Positions 55,601 through 64,000 of a stretch of 64,000 bases of DNA are shown here, piece after piece (the stretch's first letter is position 1; each line of letters opens with the position of its first letter). The stretch covers positions 248,001-312,000 of the forward strand of contig BROI01000011.1 in the NCBI GenBank assembly GCA_027923505.1, read 5' to 3'. Source of the stretch: Mayamaea pseudoterrestris. Lineage: Eukaryota. The translations under genes were made by a program, and so were the position numbers. The notes under the pieces are model-generated. The model was not told the DNA's origin. It searched no databases and saw nothing but the letters and a program-made list of their open reading frames with translations.

Positions 55601-58600
55601 GAAGCGATTGTTCGCCAGAAAAGGTCGGCGATGGAGCCGTGATTGCGCCGCTTGGAGGAGAGGGCGATGCGAGTGGCGAGCTCGTTGGCGATCCTTCTCC
55701 TGGGACCGTCGTTACAGATGGTGGAACTCCAATTGGGGCACCCGAAGCCGAAGGGGCAAGTGGGACGTTGCTGCTGCTGGGCGTTGCCGGCATATCCGAG
55801 CACATGCAAATCTGGGCGTGGCCTGACAGGTACACTTGCGTTCCATGGCTCGTCACGTCAAATGTTTGATACGAACCCCAAGGGCTGGTGGTAAATTGCG
55901 TCTGGTTGCCAATATCAAAGCCATAGTTTGTCACTGGGGTGGGTAGAACGCCTGAATCAAGAGGGTAATTTTCAACATCATACGGACTGTAGGCTGTTGA
56001 GCATTGGCCAGTCGTGCTCTCTCCAACGCCGCCGTCGCTCATCAAGCAGCTGCCGACGTAAGTTTGGAAGCTTGTGCTAGACCACCCAGACTTGACAAAG
56101 TAAGTAATGCTTGATTCGGTAATTTCGGCCGTCCCGGCAACAAAGGCACCACTAGCGTTGATATCGCAATTTTGGGCGCCGGCGATCAGTTGGCATACCA
56201 GTGGGCCGTCGGTAAAACTGACGCCCGAAAGGTTGATGCTCCATCCGCTGCTGCTAGCATCCATTGGTGGCTGAACGCTATCAACGCTGTCAAAGCAGAC
56301 GGAAAGCTCTTCACCACAGTAGACAAACGTATCGACACAAACATCCGGAACCATGACAGTTGGAGATGTTTGCATGATGGAAGGCATGCTCGTGACAGCG
56401 GTCGGAACTGGCACTGACACTGTTGGAATACCGTTTGTAGGACTTGACATACTAACCGGAGCAGATGATGGCGTTGTGATGGGTGGCAAAGTCTGTGATC
56501 CGACCGTGGGTGTGTAAGTGTCGAGACCCGATGAAGTTGGTGACAGTGCCGTTGGAACTGCTAGTGAGACGGTTGGAGCGGGCGTCGAAGTTGAGATTGG
56601 CGGCAGAGTTACGATTGTAGGGGTAGCTTGCGAAACAGTTGGTGCCAAAGTGTTGTCAGTTCCAGATGGAATCGGTGGCAAGGTCGCAGTTGTTGGCGTA
56701 ACCTGTGTCAGTGTTGGAGTGGGCGTCGACATTGGGATTGGAGGCAAGCTTTGCGACCCAACGGTAGGAACATTTGTCGTGGTGGTGCCAGCTGGAATCG
56801 GAGGCAAGTTGGATGCGGTGGGAGCGGCCTGCGAAGGTGATGGAACATCAGTTGACGATGATACCGGAGGCAAGGTTTGCGACCCAACGGTAGGAACATT
56901 GGTCGTGATGGTGCCAACTGGAATTGGAGGCAAGGTGGATGCGGTGGGAGCGGCCTGCGAAGGTGATGGAACATTGGTTGATGGTGAGACTGGTGGCAAA
57001 GTCTGTTGTCCAACTGTCGGATTATTAGTTGCAACAGTTCCCGATGAAATCGGCGGCAAGGTCAAAGTAGTTGGAGTGCTTGGTGACGATGCGATCGGAG
57101 GCAACGTTTGTGCTCCGGTTGAGGGGTTGCTTGTTGTGGTTGTACCCGATGGAATGGGCGGAAGCGACTGCAATGTTGGCGTCGGCAAGATGGTATCGAC
57201 CGTTGACGGAATCGGCGGCACAGTAGCAAACGTCGGCAAGAGAGTGCCAGGAATACTGTTTGACGGTACTGGTGTAACTTGCTGGACAGAAGGAGGTGTT
57301 GACGTGTTCGTTGTTGGGCCAGTTGGTTTAAATGTTGTCACGGTCACTGGTGGACCCATCACGGTAGGCGACCCCATTGCAGGAGTCGGATTCATTGATT
57401 CAGTAGTTGCTACTGGTGCGAGCGTCAATGACCCTGGCGCCGCTGTAGGAAAGTCACCACTGCCGCTATTACCAAAGCAAACTTGGGCATGCGCACTTAA
57501 ATACACGGGCGATCCGTGGCCAGATAGTGCAAGTGTTTCATAGGTCGGTCCCCAAAGCGCAGCCTGCGTGTACTGGCCTTGGTTGGTAACGTCAAAGACA
57601 AAGTTATTTGTTGGCGTCGACAGGTCTCCGCTAAACAATGGATACAAGGAAACATCGTAAGGATTGTAATTGTCGGAACATTCGCCACCCGTTTGCTCGC
57701 CATAGCCGCTGTCGCTCATCAAACAGTTTCCGGCGTAAACATGAAAGGAAGTGCTCGTCGAAGGTGTTTTTGTAGTAAAGGAAACACTCAAGTCGGTAAT
57801 GTCAACGCTACCCACTACAGTGGCAGTAGCAACGTTGCATTGGTCCGCTCCCGAAAGTAGCTGACATGTCAATGGCCCGCTAGTTTCAAAGTTGTAGTCC
57901 GTAAGGTTGATGCTCCAGCCGTTACCAGACACCATGGCACCTGGAGGAGGCGCAATGCTAGCAACACTATCGAAACAGACGGAGATTGTTTCACCGCAGT
58001 AGGCAAAGGCATCGACGCAGCCTAAAGTGTTTGGCAGTGTTGGAGACGGCGTGGAAAGAGTTGGAAAGCTTTGACCAAGGGTGGGCATCATGGTCCCTGA
58101 TCCAGAAGGAGCGACGAGATCCAAAGTTGGTACTGCCGTCACTGTACCTGGCGGCACAGTCGTGGTTGGACCGAAAGGTGAAGGCGCAAGAAAGTCAATC
58201 GTTGGCATACCAGTCGTCATTGTGGGATTAGCAGGTGTTGGACCCGTTGCTCCTGGAAGGGTAGTTGGACTGGCTGGAATCAAAGCTAGTGTTGGTGCCG
58301 GTGTGGAAATGACAGTAGTTGGCGGCTGTGGAATTAGTGGTGTGGGAGCTGCCGGCGTGGTTGCACCTGGACTGGGTGCAACAAAGTCAAAGGATGGCAT
58401 GTTTGTTCCTGGCGTACCTTGGTCGACAAACGCTGGAGTTGGCACAATGGTGTCAACGGAAGGTGCAGGCTGCACCGTGTCAACACCGGCAGGAGGAATT
58501 GGTTGATCAAGCGTTGGTGCTGGAGCATCAGTTGCAAAGTCTGGAAACGGCGGGCTGCTTGCAGGATTGAACGTCCACTCGTAGGGAGGCATGGTCAATG

Positions 58601-60416
58601 AGGTTGGAGGCGTGGCAACGGGCGTTGGTTCTCCTGCAACTGGAACTGGGGGTGAGGTTGTAACGACAGTTGATTCGGTTGGAACTGGAGTCGAAATGAC
58701 TTCTCCAAGCGTTGGCACTGGCGTCGCCGCTGGATTTGAGCCAATCACTCCTGGTGTTGGCACTGGCATCGCCACTGGGGTCGAAATGACTTCTCCTAGT
58801 GTTGGCACTGGCGTCGCCACTGGTGTAGATCCAACCACTCCTGGTGTCGGAACCGGCGTCGCCACTGGCGTCGCGACTGGATTTGAGCCAGTCACACCTG
58901 GTGTTGGAACTGGATTTGTTCCAATCATTCCTGGCGTTGGACTCGCCGAAGTCGTCGTCACGGGCGGCGGCGACGCAACAGCACTTGTCGTACAAACCTG
59001 CGCCTGCGCACTAACGTAGACTGGCTGTCCATGACTCGACACGGTCAACGTTTGATAGGTTGGTCCCCAAACGGCTCCTTGCGTGTACTGCAACTGGTTG
59101 GTCACGTCGAACGAAAAGTCGCCCGACAGGGGCGATGTTTCAAAGGTCGTTCCCGTCGATAGTGGATACAATTCGACTTGATACGGCACTGGATTGCTCG
59201 TGAGACACGGCGGCTGTCCACTCTGCATGCCGACGCCGCCGTCGCTGTAGGGGCAGTTGCCAATGTACGTGTGAAACGAACTAGCCGTGGCGCCGCTAAA
59301 GAGCGAGTACGTGACGCTGACATCCGTCAGTAGCACGCTTCCGACAACAATGCCGGAGTCGGGGTTGCAGTTTGTCGCGCCGCTGATCAAGTCGCACGTT
59401 AGCGGAGCAGCGTTTAAATCCAAACCAGTCACATCCATGCTCCAGCCGTCACTAGTCATACTGTCAGTATTGTCACTGCCATTCAATCCAAAGCACTGAC
59501 TCATGACTCCAGAGCGGCAGTAGGCAAAGGCGCCGAGGCAGTTGCTACCAGCTGGAGTCGGCGTTTCATTACCAGAGTCAACGGGAAAGGGCGTGGGAAG
59601 CTGCACTCCAAAGACGCTTGGTGTTGGAGCTGGAGTCATGACGGAAGTCATGGTTGGTGCGGGCGTCAAAACAGTCGCCATGGTTGGTGAAGGCGTCGTG
59701 ACAGGATTCGTCGTGGTGGGAGCAGGCGCGCCGCCTCCAATGAGTCCCGGAGTAGGAGCGGGCGATGTCAAGCCGGTACCAATGGTTGGCGCAAACGTAT
59801 CGATCGGCGGCGGAATTGTTCCTACAATGCCGGGTGTCGGGGCTGGTGATGTGACTGCAGCACCAATCGTTGGTGGAGGCGTCATGACGGTTGCCATGGT
59901 GGGAGGAGAAGTGACCAAGGTTGGCTGCGGAACGCTTCCAACGACTCCTGGTGTTGGAGCAGGCGAAGTCAAGACGTTTCCAAGAGTAGGAGCAGGTGTC
60001 GCCATGACGGTACCGAAAGTTGGAGCAGGCGTTCCTACCGCAACATTACCAAGCGTCGGAGCCGCCGTTGCTCCAACACCAACGTTTCCCAGAGTCGGCG
60101 CCGGTGTAGCTCCTTCTTGCGCAAAGCCTGGCGATGGCGCCGCAGTATCCGTCGTCGTCATACTAAAGGACAAGGTGACGCCTTCCAACCGCGCCAGTAG
60201 CGCATCGTCGTCCAACAAGTCGTCATTGTGTAAGTCCGTGGAAGGTGAGCGCTCCTGCTGCTGCACGTTGCGGCGGCGGCGGTGGCGATACAACTGCTCC
60301 AAGTCAGTTTCGGTAGTCGATTCAGTTGCAATATCACTTGCAGTACTAGCAGTAGTTACTGCAGTTGCTTCGCCGAGCAGGCAGTAGAGCAAGACTTGTA
60401 GCTTCAAGAGTTTCAT
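52680..60416 (-). CDS. Giant secreted mucin-like protein (~2578 aa) with five copies of a ~180-aa Cys-containing domain separated by Pro/Thr/Ser stalks
   Basis: Signal peptide MKLLKLQVLLYCLLGEATA, then RHRRRR. Repeated C-x-D-A-F/Y-x-YC...GWS...SDGG...YPL...YLSAHA-x-x-C blocks. No C-terminal TM segment. Confidence 0.9.
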   Translation of the reverse strand: MKLLKLQVLLYCLLGEATAVTTASTASDIATESTTETDLEQLYRHRRRRNVQQQERSPSTDLHNDDLLDDDALLARLEGVTLSFSMTTTDTAAPSPGFAQEGATPAPTLGNVGVGATAAPTLGNVAVGTPAPTFGTVMATPAPTLGNVLTSPAPTPGVVGSVPQPTLVTSPPTMATVMTPPPTIGAAVTSPAPTPGIVGTIPPPIDTFAPTIGTGLTSPAPTPGLIGGGAPAPTTTNPVTTPSPTMATVLTPAPTMTSVMTPAPTPSVFGVQLPTPFPVDSGNETPTPAGSNCLGAFAYCRSGVMSQCFGLNGSDNTDSMTSDGWSMDVTGLDLNAAPLTCDLISGATNCNPDSGIVVGSVLLTDVSVTYSLFSGATASSFHTYIGNCPYSDGGVGMQSGQPPCLTSNPVPYQVELYPLSTGTTFETSPLSGDFSFDVTNQLQYTQGAVWGPTYQTLTVSSHGQPVYVSAQAQVCTTSAVASPPPVTTTSASPTPGMIGTNPVPTPGVTGSNPVATPVATPVPTPGVVGSTPVATPVPTLGEVISTPVAMPVPTPGVIGSNPAATPVPTLGEVISTPVPTESTVVTTSPPVPVAGEPTPVATPPTSLTMPPYEWTFNPASSPPFPDFATDAPAPTLDQPIPPAGVDTVQPAPSVDTIVPTPAFVDQGTPGTNMPSFDFVAPSPGATTPAAPTPLIPQPPTTVISTPAPTLALIPASPTTLPGATGPTPANPTMTTGMPTIDFLAPSPFGPTTTVPPGTVTAVPTLDLVAPSGSGTMMPTLGQSFPTLSTPSPTLPNTLGCVDAFAYCGETISVCFDSVASIAPPPGAMVSGNGWSINLTDYNFETSGPLTCQLLSGADQCNVATATVVGSVDITDLSVSFTTKTPSTSTSFHVYAGNCLMSDSGYGEQTGGECSDNYNPYDVSLYPLFSGDLSTPTNNFVFDVTNQGQYTQAALWGPTYETLALSGHGSPVYLSAHAQVCFGNSGSGDFPTAAPGSLTLAPVATTESMNPTPAMGSPTVMGPPVTVTTFKPTGPTTNTSTPPSVQQVTPVPSNSIPGTLLPTFATVPPIPSTVDTILPTPTLQSLPPIPSGTTTTSNPSTGAQTLPPIASSPSTPTTLTLPPISSGTVATNNPTVGQQTLPPVSPSTNVPSPSQAAPTASTLPPIPVGTITTNVPTVGSQTLPPVSSSTDVPSPSQAAPTASNLPPIPAGTTTTNVPTVGSQSLPPIPMSTPTPTLTQVTPTTATLPPIPSGTDNTLAPTVSQATPTIVTLPPISTSTPAPTVSLAVPTALSPTSSGLDTYTPTVGSQTLPPITTPSSAPVSMSSPTNGIPTVSVPVPTAVTSMPSIMQTSPTVMVPDVCVDTFVYCGEELSVCFDSVDSVQPPMDASSSGWSINLSGVSFTDGPLVCQLIAGAQNCDINASGAFVAGTAEITESSITYFVKSGWSSTSFQTYVGSCLMSDGGVGESTTGQCSTAYSPYDVENYPLDSGVLPTPVTNYGFDIGNQTQFTTSPWGSYQTFDVTSHGTQVYLSGHAQICMCSDMPATPSSSNVPLAPSASGAPIGVPPSVTTVPGEGSPTSSPLASPSPPSGAITAPSPTFSGEQSLPPLSAPTGSTPVSPSASVPTLPTSTSTTARPSLIQGVTPKPLGLVTSAPTAADATPTSTLQPAALPTLPPSFAGPSASPVANGKPSPSTATAIPTLIQGPPDTPSPPSAPSVAITRAPLATSIAPVASPTVPTTSPSGTTGMPDIGSPTAASQPTPTSLSSPSVPTANDSTLAPTPAFDEEGSTSPAISVPQSPTIMFPTIPSPSSPTLPSVPTSPTTNAATNMPSNIQKLPTMASSTPNVMASPTVTNPTQTLPSATTASPSASPDKPSTGTQVPTSFVGSTNGPSSSPTRLSRATPVPVTKAQTAMPSSSNMKMGTRAPSVGLTSHPTSAINAPAGSETLTPASTTAEPSFVFDSPSGVTVSPTLLDATPTKRPVGAPTAGVKSVIPTLVMEPSPSGFVTPTKSSRPINLPSGSITDSPFTSQPVLSPTTAASPTTAPVSGEESKVPTGSQPVDSPTTATSPSSNIPSASKPVTVPTTGNYGELGNCVDAFVYCGATASKCFNEFDGVEASSDASGWSIDLSAIDYESETLECQILANVPNCDVDADSTLLLGYAEISDSSFTWYLRSEYASTTFQLYVGTCPMSDGGAAYQRGSAECSSPTPYDVSTYPLVANELRYPKTKYSFDTKNQERKTSSNWTTQDGTKYQIFELSNFGEPLYLSAHAEICECVDGGQVPGLPSPAGSPSISSSTQPPFVESGESDANPTSDPTSAPSKTPTGSPTKIPTAQPTNAPTDAPTTSPTLSPTVAPTAAPTASPTPNPTTTSISRGTSSPTRTVDVIPTSNSGATLEPTSNAACEDAYVYCPGRSTCFSDPSFNCYTQTKGRGVWGWNIEYTAEDGLVDDCVVIVGASGCDEDSGTVIGNATISPDQFSIILNSDAATGSSIEYTFYAGECRGSDGGQVLDLGICLADTVATLANDPHMFPLTSGVVSLTSYVFDESVSPRNAWQSYSTFPLGSDSREYLTAHVEICQ

Positions 60417-61066
60417 GGTGCTGCGACGAGAGATGGAAAAAGTAGTAGTACTTGAGTGTTGGTCTCGTTGCTTTAAAACTCTAGAGTCGACCTTTAATAA
60501 CGCTGGATGACGACAGGTAGAGAGTAGAGGTCTGTGTTTGTTTGTAGCAATGGAGGAGTGAGCGATGGCCACAAGAAAAGGTGCGAATGATGTTGTGATG
60601 AGGGGTTTTTCAAACAACAAACCTGCGAGTTTCAAACGGTATGAGCATTGTATACAGCGTCGAAGATATGGATGTCAAAATACTTAAGCTCATGCGAGCC
60701 TGCATGGCTCCCGTTCATCGGACCGACGCGCCGGGCGAATTTAATGACGTCAGCTATCGTTCACGCTACGACATGCATCTCACATGCGCTGAACTTGTGT
60801 GAAATGCTCAAGACTATATACGTAGTTTTTACCATCTAGTCTACTCCAATTACTGACAACAAGAATTAAATTGCTGACCGTCAAAACATATCATTACATC
60901 CAGAGTATTATTCGTCAGCAAGTTCAGTCGTTGCGCGGAACTGGCGCCGCAACGTTCGCCGCAATTTGGACTGATGATTGGCCAAATAATTGGCCATCAT
61001 CCATGCTATTCGTTGACTCTGCTCAAAACTTGACAGCAATTCTCTCTCCATCATCATCATCTCCTC

Positions 61067-62479
61067 TCACACAACACTATGATTACTGAAAAGAGTCGCG
61101 TTTGGCGGACACTGGTAGTAAATTAGCGAGTAAAGCCGCTTCATTTGTTCATCCCTCACGTAGTGAAAGGAAATGCTGTAGGGCGACGAATGGTTCTTGC
61201 CTTCCACCACTGGTGGAATCGAGTAACGCTTCACCCAAAACTTTCTCGCACTCGAATAGTCGTAGTGATAGTTTGGCGCAAAGTGCATGTACCGCTCACT
61301 GCCATGTTCGTCGCGTGTGTCGTACGCCAAGACATTGTACACCCGCAATATGGCTGCCACGTTCACATCCTCCTCCGCCGTCCGTTTATCCACCAAATGA
61401 ACCGGCAAGCCTTCCACCACAAGTATCTTGAGCGCCGCCTTGTTGAGCGTGTAGCCGGGACCGCCAGTGTTGTAAATGGACGCCATGTTGCCTCCTCGCG
61501 CAAAGCGCTTTCCCAAATACAGTGGTACTTGCATTTCCTGTGGCTCCGTCGAAACAAAATAACCTCCATTCTGCGCCGCCTGTATTTCGTCACTCTCCAA
61601 ATAGCGCCGCATGTTTTCCACCAGCAAATACATGTCGTCGCCACCCAAATGAAAAAAGTCGAAATCTTGAAAATAGTGGTCGTAGACGTAGGCCCAAATG
61701 CTGCGCACCTTTTGCCACATGTTGCCGTAGTCCTCGGGGCCCTGGTGCAGCAAGTCGACGGCGTCAATCGATGTGTCGGTGGCGTCGGATGTGGCGAAAA
61801 AGCCGTCGCACTTTTGACTGTGTGTGTAAGATAACGAGTGTCAGAGTGTTAGAGCTTTAGATTGTTTGTAAAAGAACAACGCAAATACAATCAGTTTACA
61901 TATATCATGTCAACAAACAACATACCCCCACGTTTCTCGAATCAACTTGATTCGTTTATGATTCTGCATGGACGTGTACACGATGCACAGGATTTTTTGT
62001 CGCGGCACGTCGCTATTGCTTCGCATCGAGAGACCATTGTCACTATAGTTGGTGTCAATTAGTATGCGCTCCTTGAGTATTTTATAGTCGTCATCTTGAT
62101 TCCTACATTCATTCGCTATATAGTCGAGCGACATGGATCGTTGCGGAAAATGTTGGCGCAGAAACGCGACGTTGTGCACGTAGTTTGGCGCGCCCCACTC
62201 GTCGAGGGCACCCATGTGCGGGTGGTGCGAGTAGTTACCGGCGACGTGAACGTAGGTAATATTGGTCAAATTGGCTTGCCGAATAATCTCCAAACATTCC
62301 GGACGAAGCGCCATGAAAGGTGGTCGCGTAACATTTCTAATGCCTGCATGATCATTTTTGTCAACGAGTCCGAGCATTTTCAACGTCTTGCCGTATTTTC
62401 CTTCGCGAATCAAGCCGAGACTGACAAAGACTACAGTCACCAGCAGCAGCTGGTTTCGTTTCGCCTGTAGTAGCGACAT
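61067..62479 (-). CDS. GT31 glycosyltransferase, core-1 beta-1,3-galactosyltransferase-like, type II membrane; exons 62479-61926 and 61817-61067 (434 aa)
   Basis: ILCIVYT, IRETWGQKCDGFF, MWQKVRSIW, GGDDMY, YLGKRF, GGPGYTL, EDV, ISFHYV and an N-terminal TM helix. Confidence 0.88.
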
Positions 62480-62482
62480 GAT

Positions 62483-62550
62483 GTTGCTGCTTGGATGCGT
62501 TGCTGCTTGGATGCGTTGCTGCTTGGATGCTCTGGTGCTTGCTTGGATGC
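62483..62550. repeat. 16-bp minisatellite (3 full copies plus a partial) just upstream of the GT31 start codon
   Basis: GTTGCTGCTTGGATGC x3 at 62483-62530, then a partial copy ending at 62550. Confidence 0.9.
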
Positions 62551-63271
62551 TTTATAAAGTAGTAATGGAGGTGCGAATGGCACGACGGAACAAAAGAGGG
62601 AAAAGCGTTTGTGAAACGGCGTGACCGCAGCGCGCGCCGGCGCGCCATGTGACTGGGTCCGTTTCGTCCGACCGCATGACTGCTTGCGAGACGAGCCAAC
62701 AAGCAGCAGCTACTTCCTTCCATGATCCAAGAGAGAGAAGCTTTGCTATTTGCAAAATAAATCTAGGAGAGGTCATTGATTCTACAATACACTTGATCGA
62801 GTCGTTGGTAGCTTTCAAGTTTTGGAGCAGGTGAATTCTCTCGCCCGTTCGTCTCGACACGCACCTTTCAACGCCCGGACGCATCAAGTCTTCTTGTCGA
62901 ATCGTTTTGAAACTGCAACTGCTTGCAATCTACAGATTGGCTTATTTGGACTTTGACTATAGTTTTCAGAGAAGAGGGTTCAGAGCTAGTGCATCACTTG
63001 CGGCGTAGCGACGGAGCGACGGAGCGATTGACGCTCGCAATCAGCACAAGCCAGCGAGCCCTTGATTAAAAACAAACAATCAGTCAAACGACAATCCATT
63101 ATAGGCTGAAACTGAAACAAGAAAGGTAGAAGTTACTGGTGGACTCATTTGAAAAAGTTTGTGACGACTATCGAAAATTTTGTTCCACGAGGAGAAGGAA
63201 GACGAGGTGTGTTGCAAATTAAATTTTGACATCGCTACGTACACCATTCATGCAAGGACCTTTCTACAACC

Positions 63272-64000
63272 ATGCCAGTCCGCATTTTCATTGAGATTTG
63301 CGGAAGCGTCGACTGTACCACTCCTACATTGCAGCAGGAGCCGGAGCAAAAGCGACGACAGCGCCGACCCACGGAGAGTGGCGCCGCAGCTGCCAATGGT
63401 GGCAACGAACACTCTAATACAACCATACTCGTCACGGTTCCAAGTCTAGTGGATGGACCGCAGTCCAACGTATTGGCCAACATTCTCATTACGCAAGTCG
63501 ATGCAATCATGGCGGAGAGCAGCAGTGTTAGTGACAACAGTCACTCTGCCGCAACAACTGCATTTGTAACGTCACTTACTTTGGAGCAACTCGTCATGAC
63601 GCCGGAAGGAACGCACGGCATTCTACTCTTTCTGGCCATTCACGCCCACTCTGTGACGCAAGTTTCCTTTCGCGACTTGATACAACTGCCATTAGTAGTT
63701 GATGGTGACGAATACGCTGCGAATAATGACAATGTTGCGTCAGACTTTGCGTTGCAAATGATTGACGCCGTCGCGCAAGCCTTGGTTGGCGCGCGACTGG
63801 AACGGTTGGAGTTGAGTCACATGACACTTTCGCCGCAAGTGTGGCAGTGTTGGAAGACGCAGAAGCAATTGACCATGCTCAAGCTTGACTACTGCATTGT
63901 GAATGACGCTTCGCTGCAAGCCTTGTTTGAGCAAATGTCGGATTGCTTCAAGTCACTGCAAGACTTGTATTTCGTCTTGAGCGAGACGCAGCTTTCGTCA
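63272..64000 (+). CDS. RNI/RanGAP-like leucine-rich-repeat protein, 3' end outside the window (absent from the ORF track)
   Basis: Hand translation from ATG 63272 (MPVRIFIEICGS...) is open to the window end, with VTSLTLEQL, VTQVSFRDL, LERLELSHM, LTMLKLDYC and LQDLYF repeats. Confidence 0.7.
   Translation, partial: MPVRIFIEICGSVDCTTPTLQQEPEQKRRQRRPTESGAAAANGGNEHSNTTILVTVPSLVDGPQSNVLANILITQVDAIMAESSSVSDNSHSAATTAFVTSLTLEQLVMTPEGTHGILLFLAIHAHSVTQVSFRDLIQLPLVVDGDEYAANNDNVASDFALQMIDAVAQALVGARLERLELSHMTLSPQVWQCWKTQKQLTMLKLDYCIVNDASLQALFEQMSDCFKSLQDLYFVLSETQLSS

Noticed and set aside
53051..60387. Val/Gly-rich ORFs antisense to the mucin-like gene (54349-55869, 56518-57543, 59542-60387 etc.)
   Set aside because: Expected reverse-complement products of Pro/Thr/Ser codons, with no independent motifs.

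Overview
Gene-dense eukaryotic DNA with short GT-AG introns. A bipartite plastid presequence, RXL-type motifs, a fused urease and an SLC4 transporter suggest a stramenopile, most likely a diatom (inference). About 30 protein-coding genes and two identical tRNA-Lys(CTT) genes were found. Recognisable host genes: DCTN5, a GGCT/AIG2-like gene, SERF, RBX1, a Pta-N-like protein, a VHL-beta+PUB protein, mitochondrial bL12, SLC4, UreG, urease, two metzincins, two LITAF genes, an LRR protein, RAB3GAP1, an RBR E3 ligase, a giant mucin-like protein and a GT31 glycosyltransferase. Three highlights. (1) An intact 7053-bp tyrosine-recombinase retrotransposon (Ngaro-like, split direct repeats A1...B1-A2-B2, 12384-19436, minus strand). 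Its gag and pol are in the same frame, separated by a single UGA-CGG stop followed by a stem-loop, a candidate readthrough signal. (2) The element sits inside an exon of a secreted (TPSR)n-repeat protein, and exact removal restores a 794-aa reading frame. (3) An unannotated ~230-nt intergenic segment (about 33965-34195) folds by eye into closing helix, hairpin, CUAACCC, hairpin, pseudoknot and three-way junction, the layout of a plant/ciliate-type telomerase RNA. All calls are by eye; no database searches or folding programs were run.
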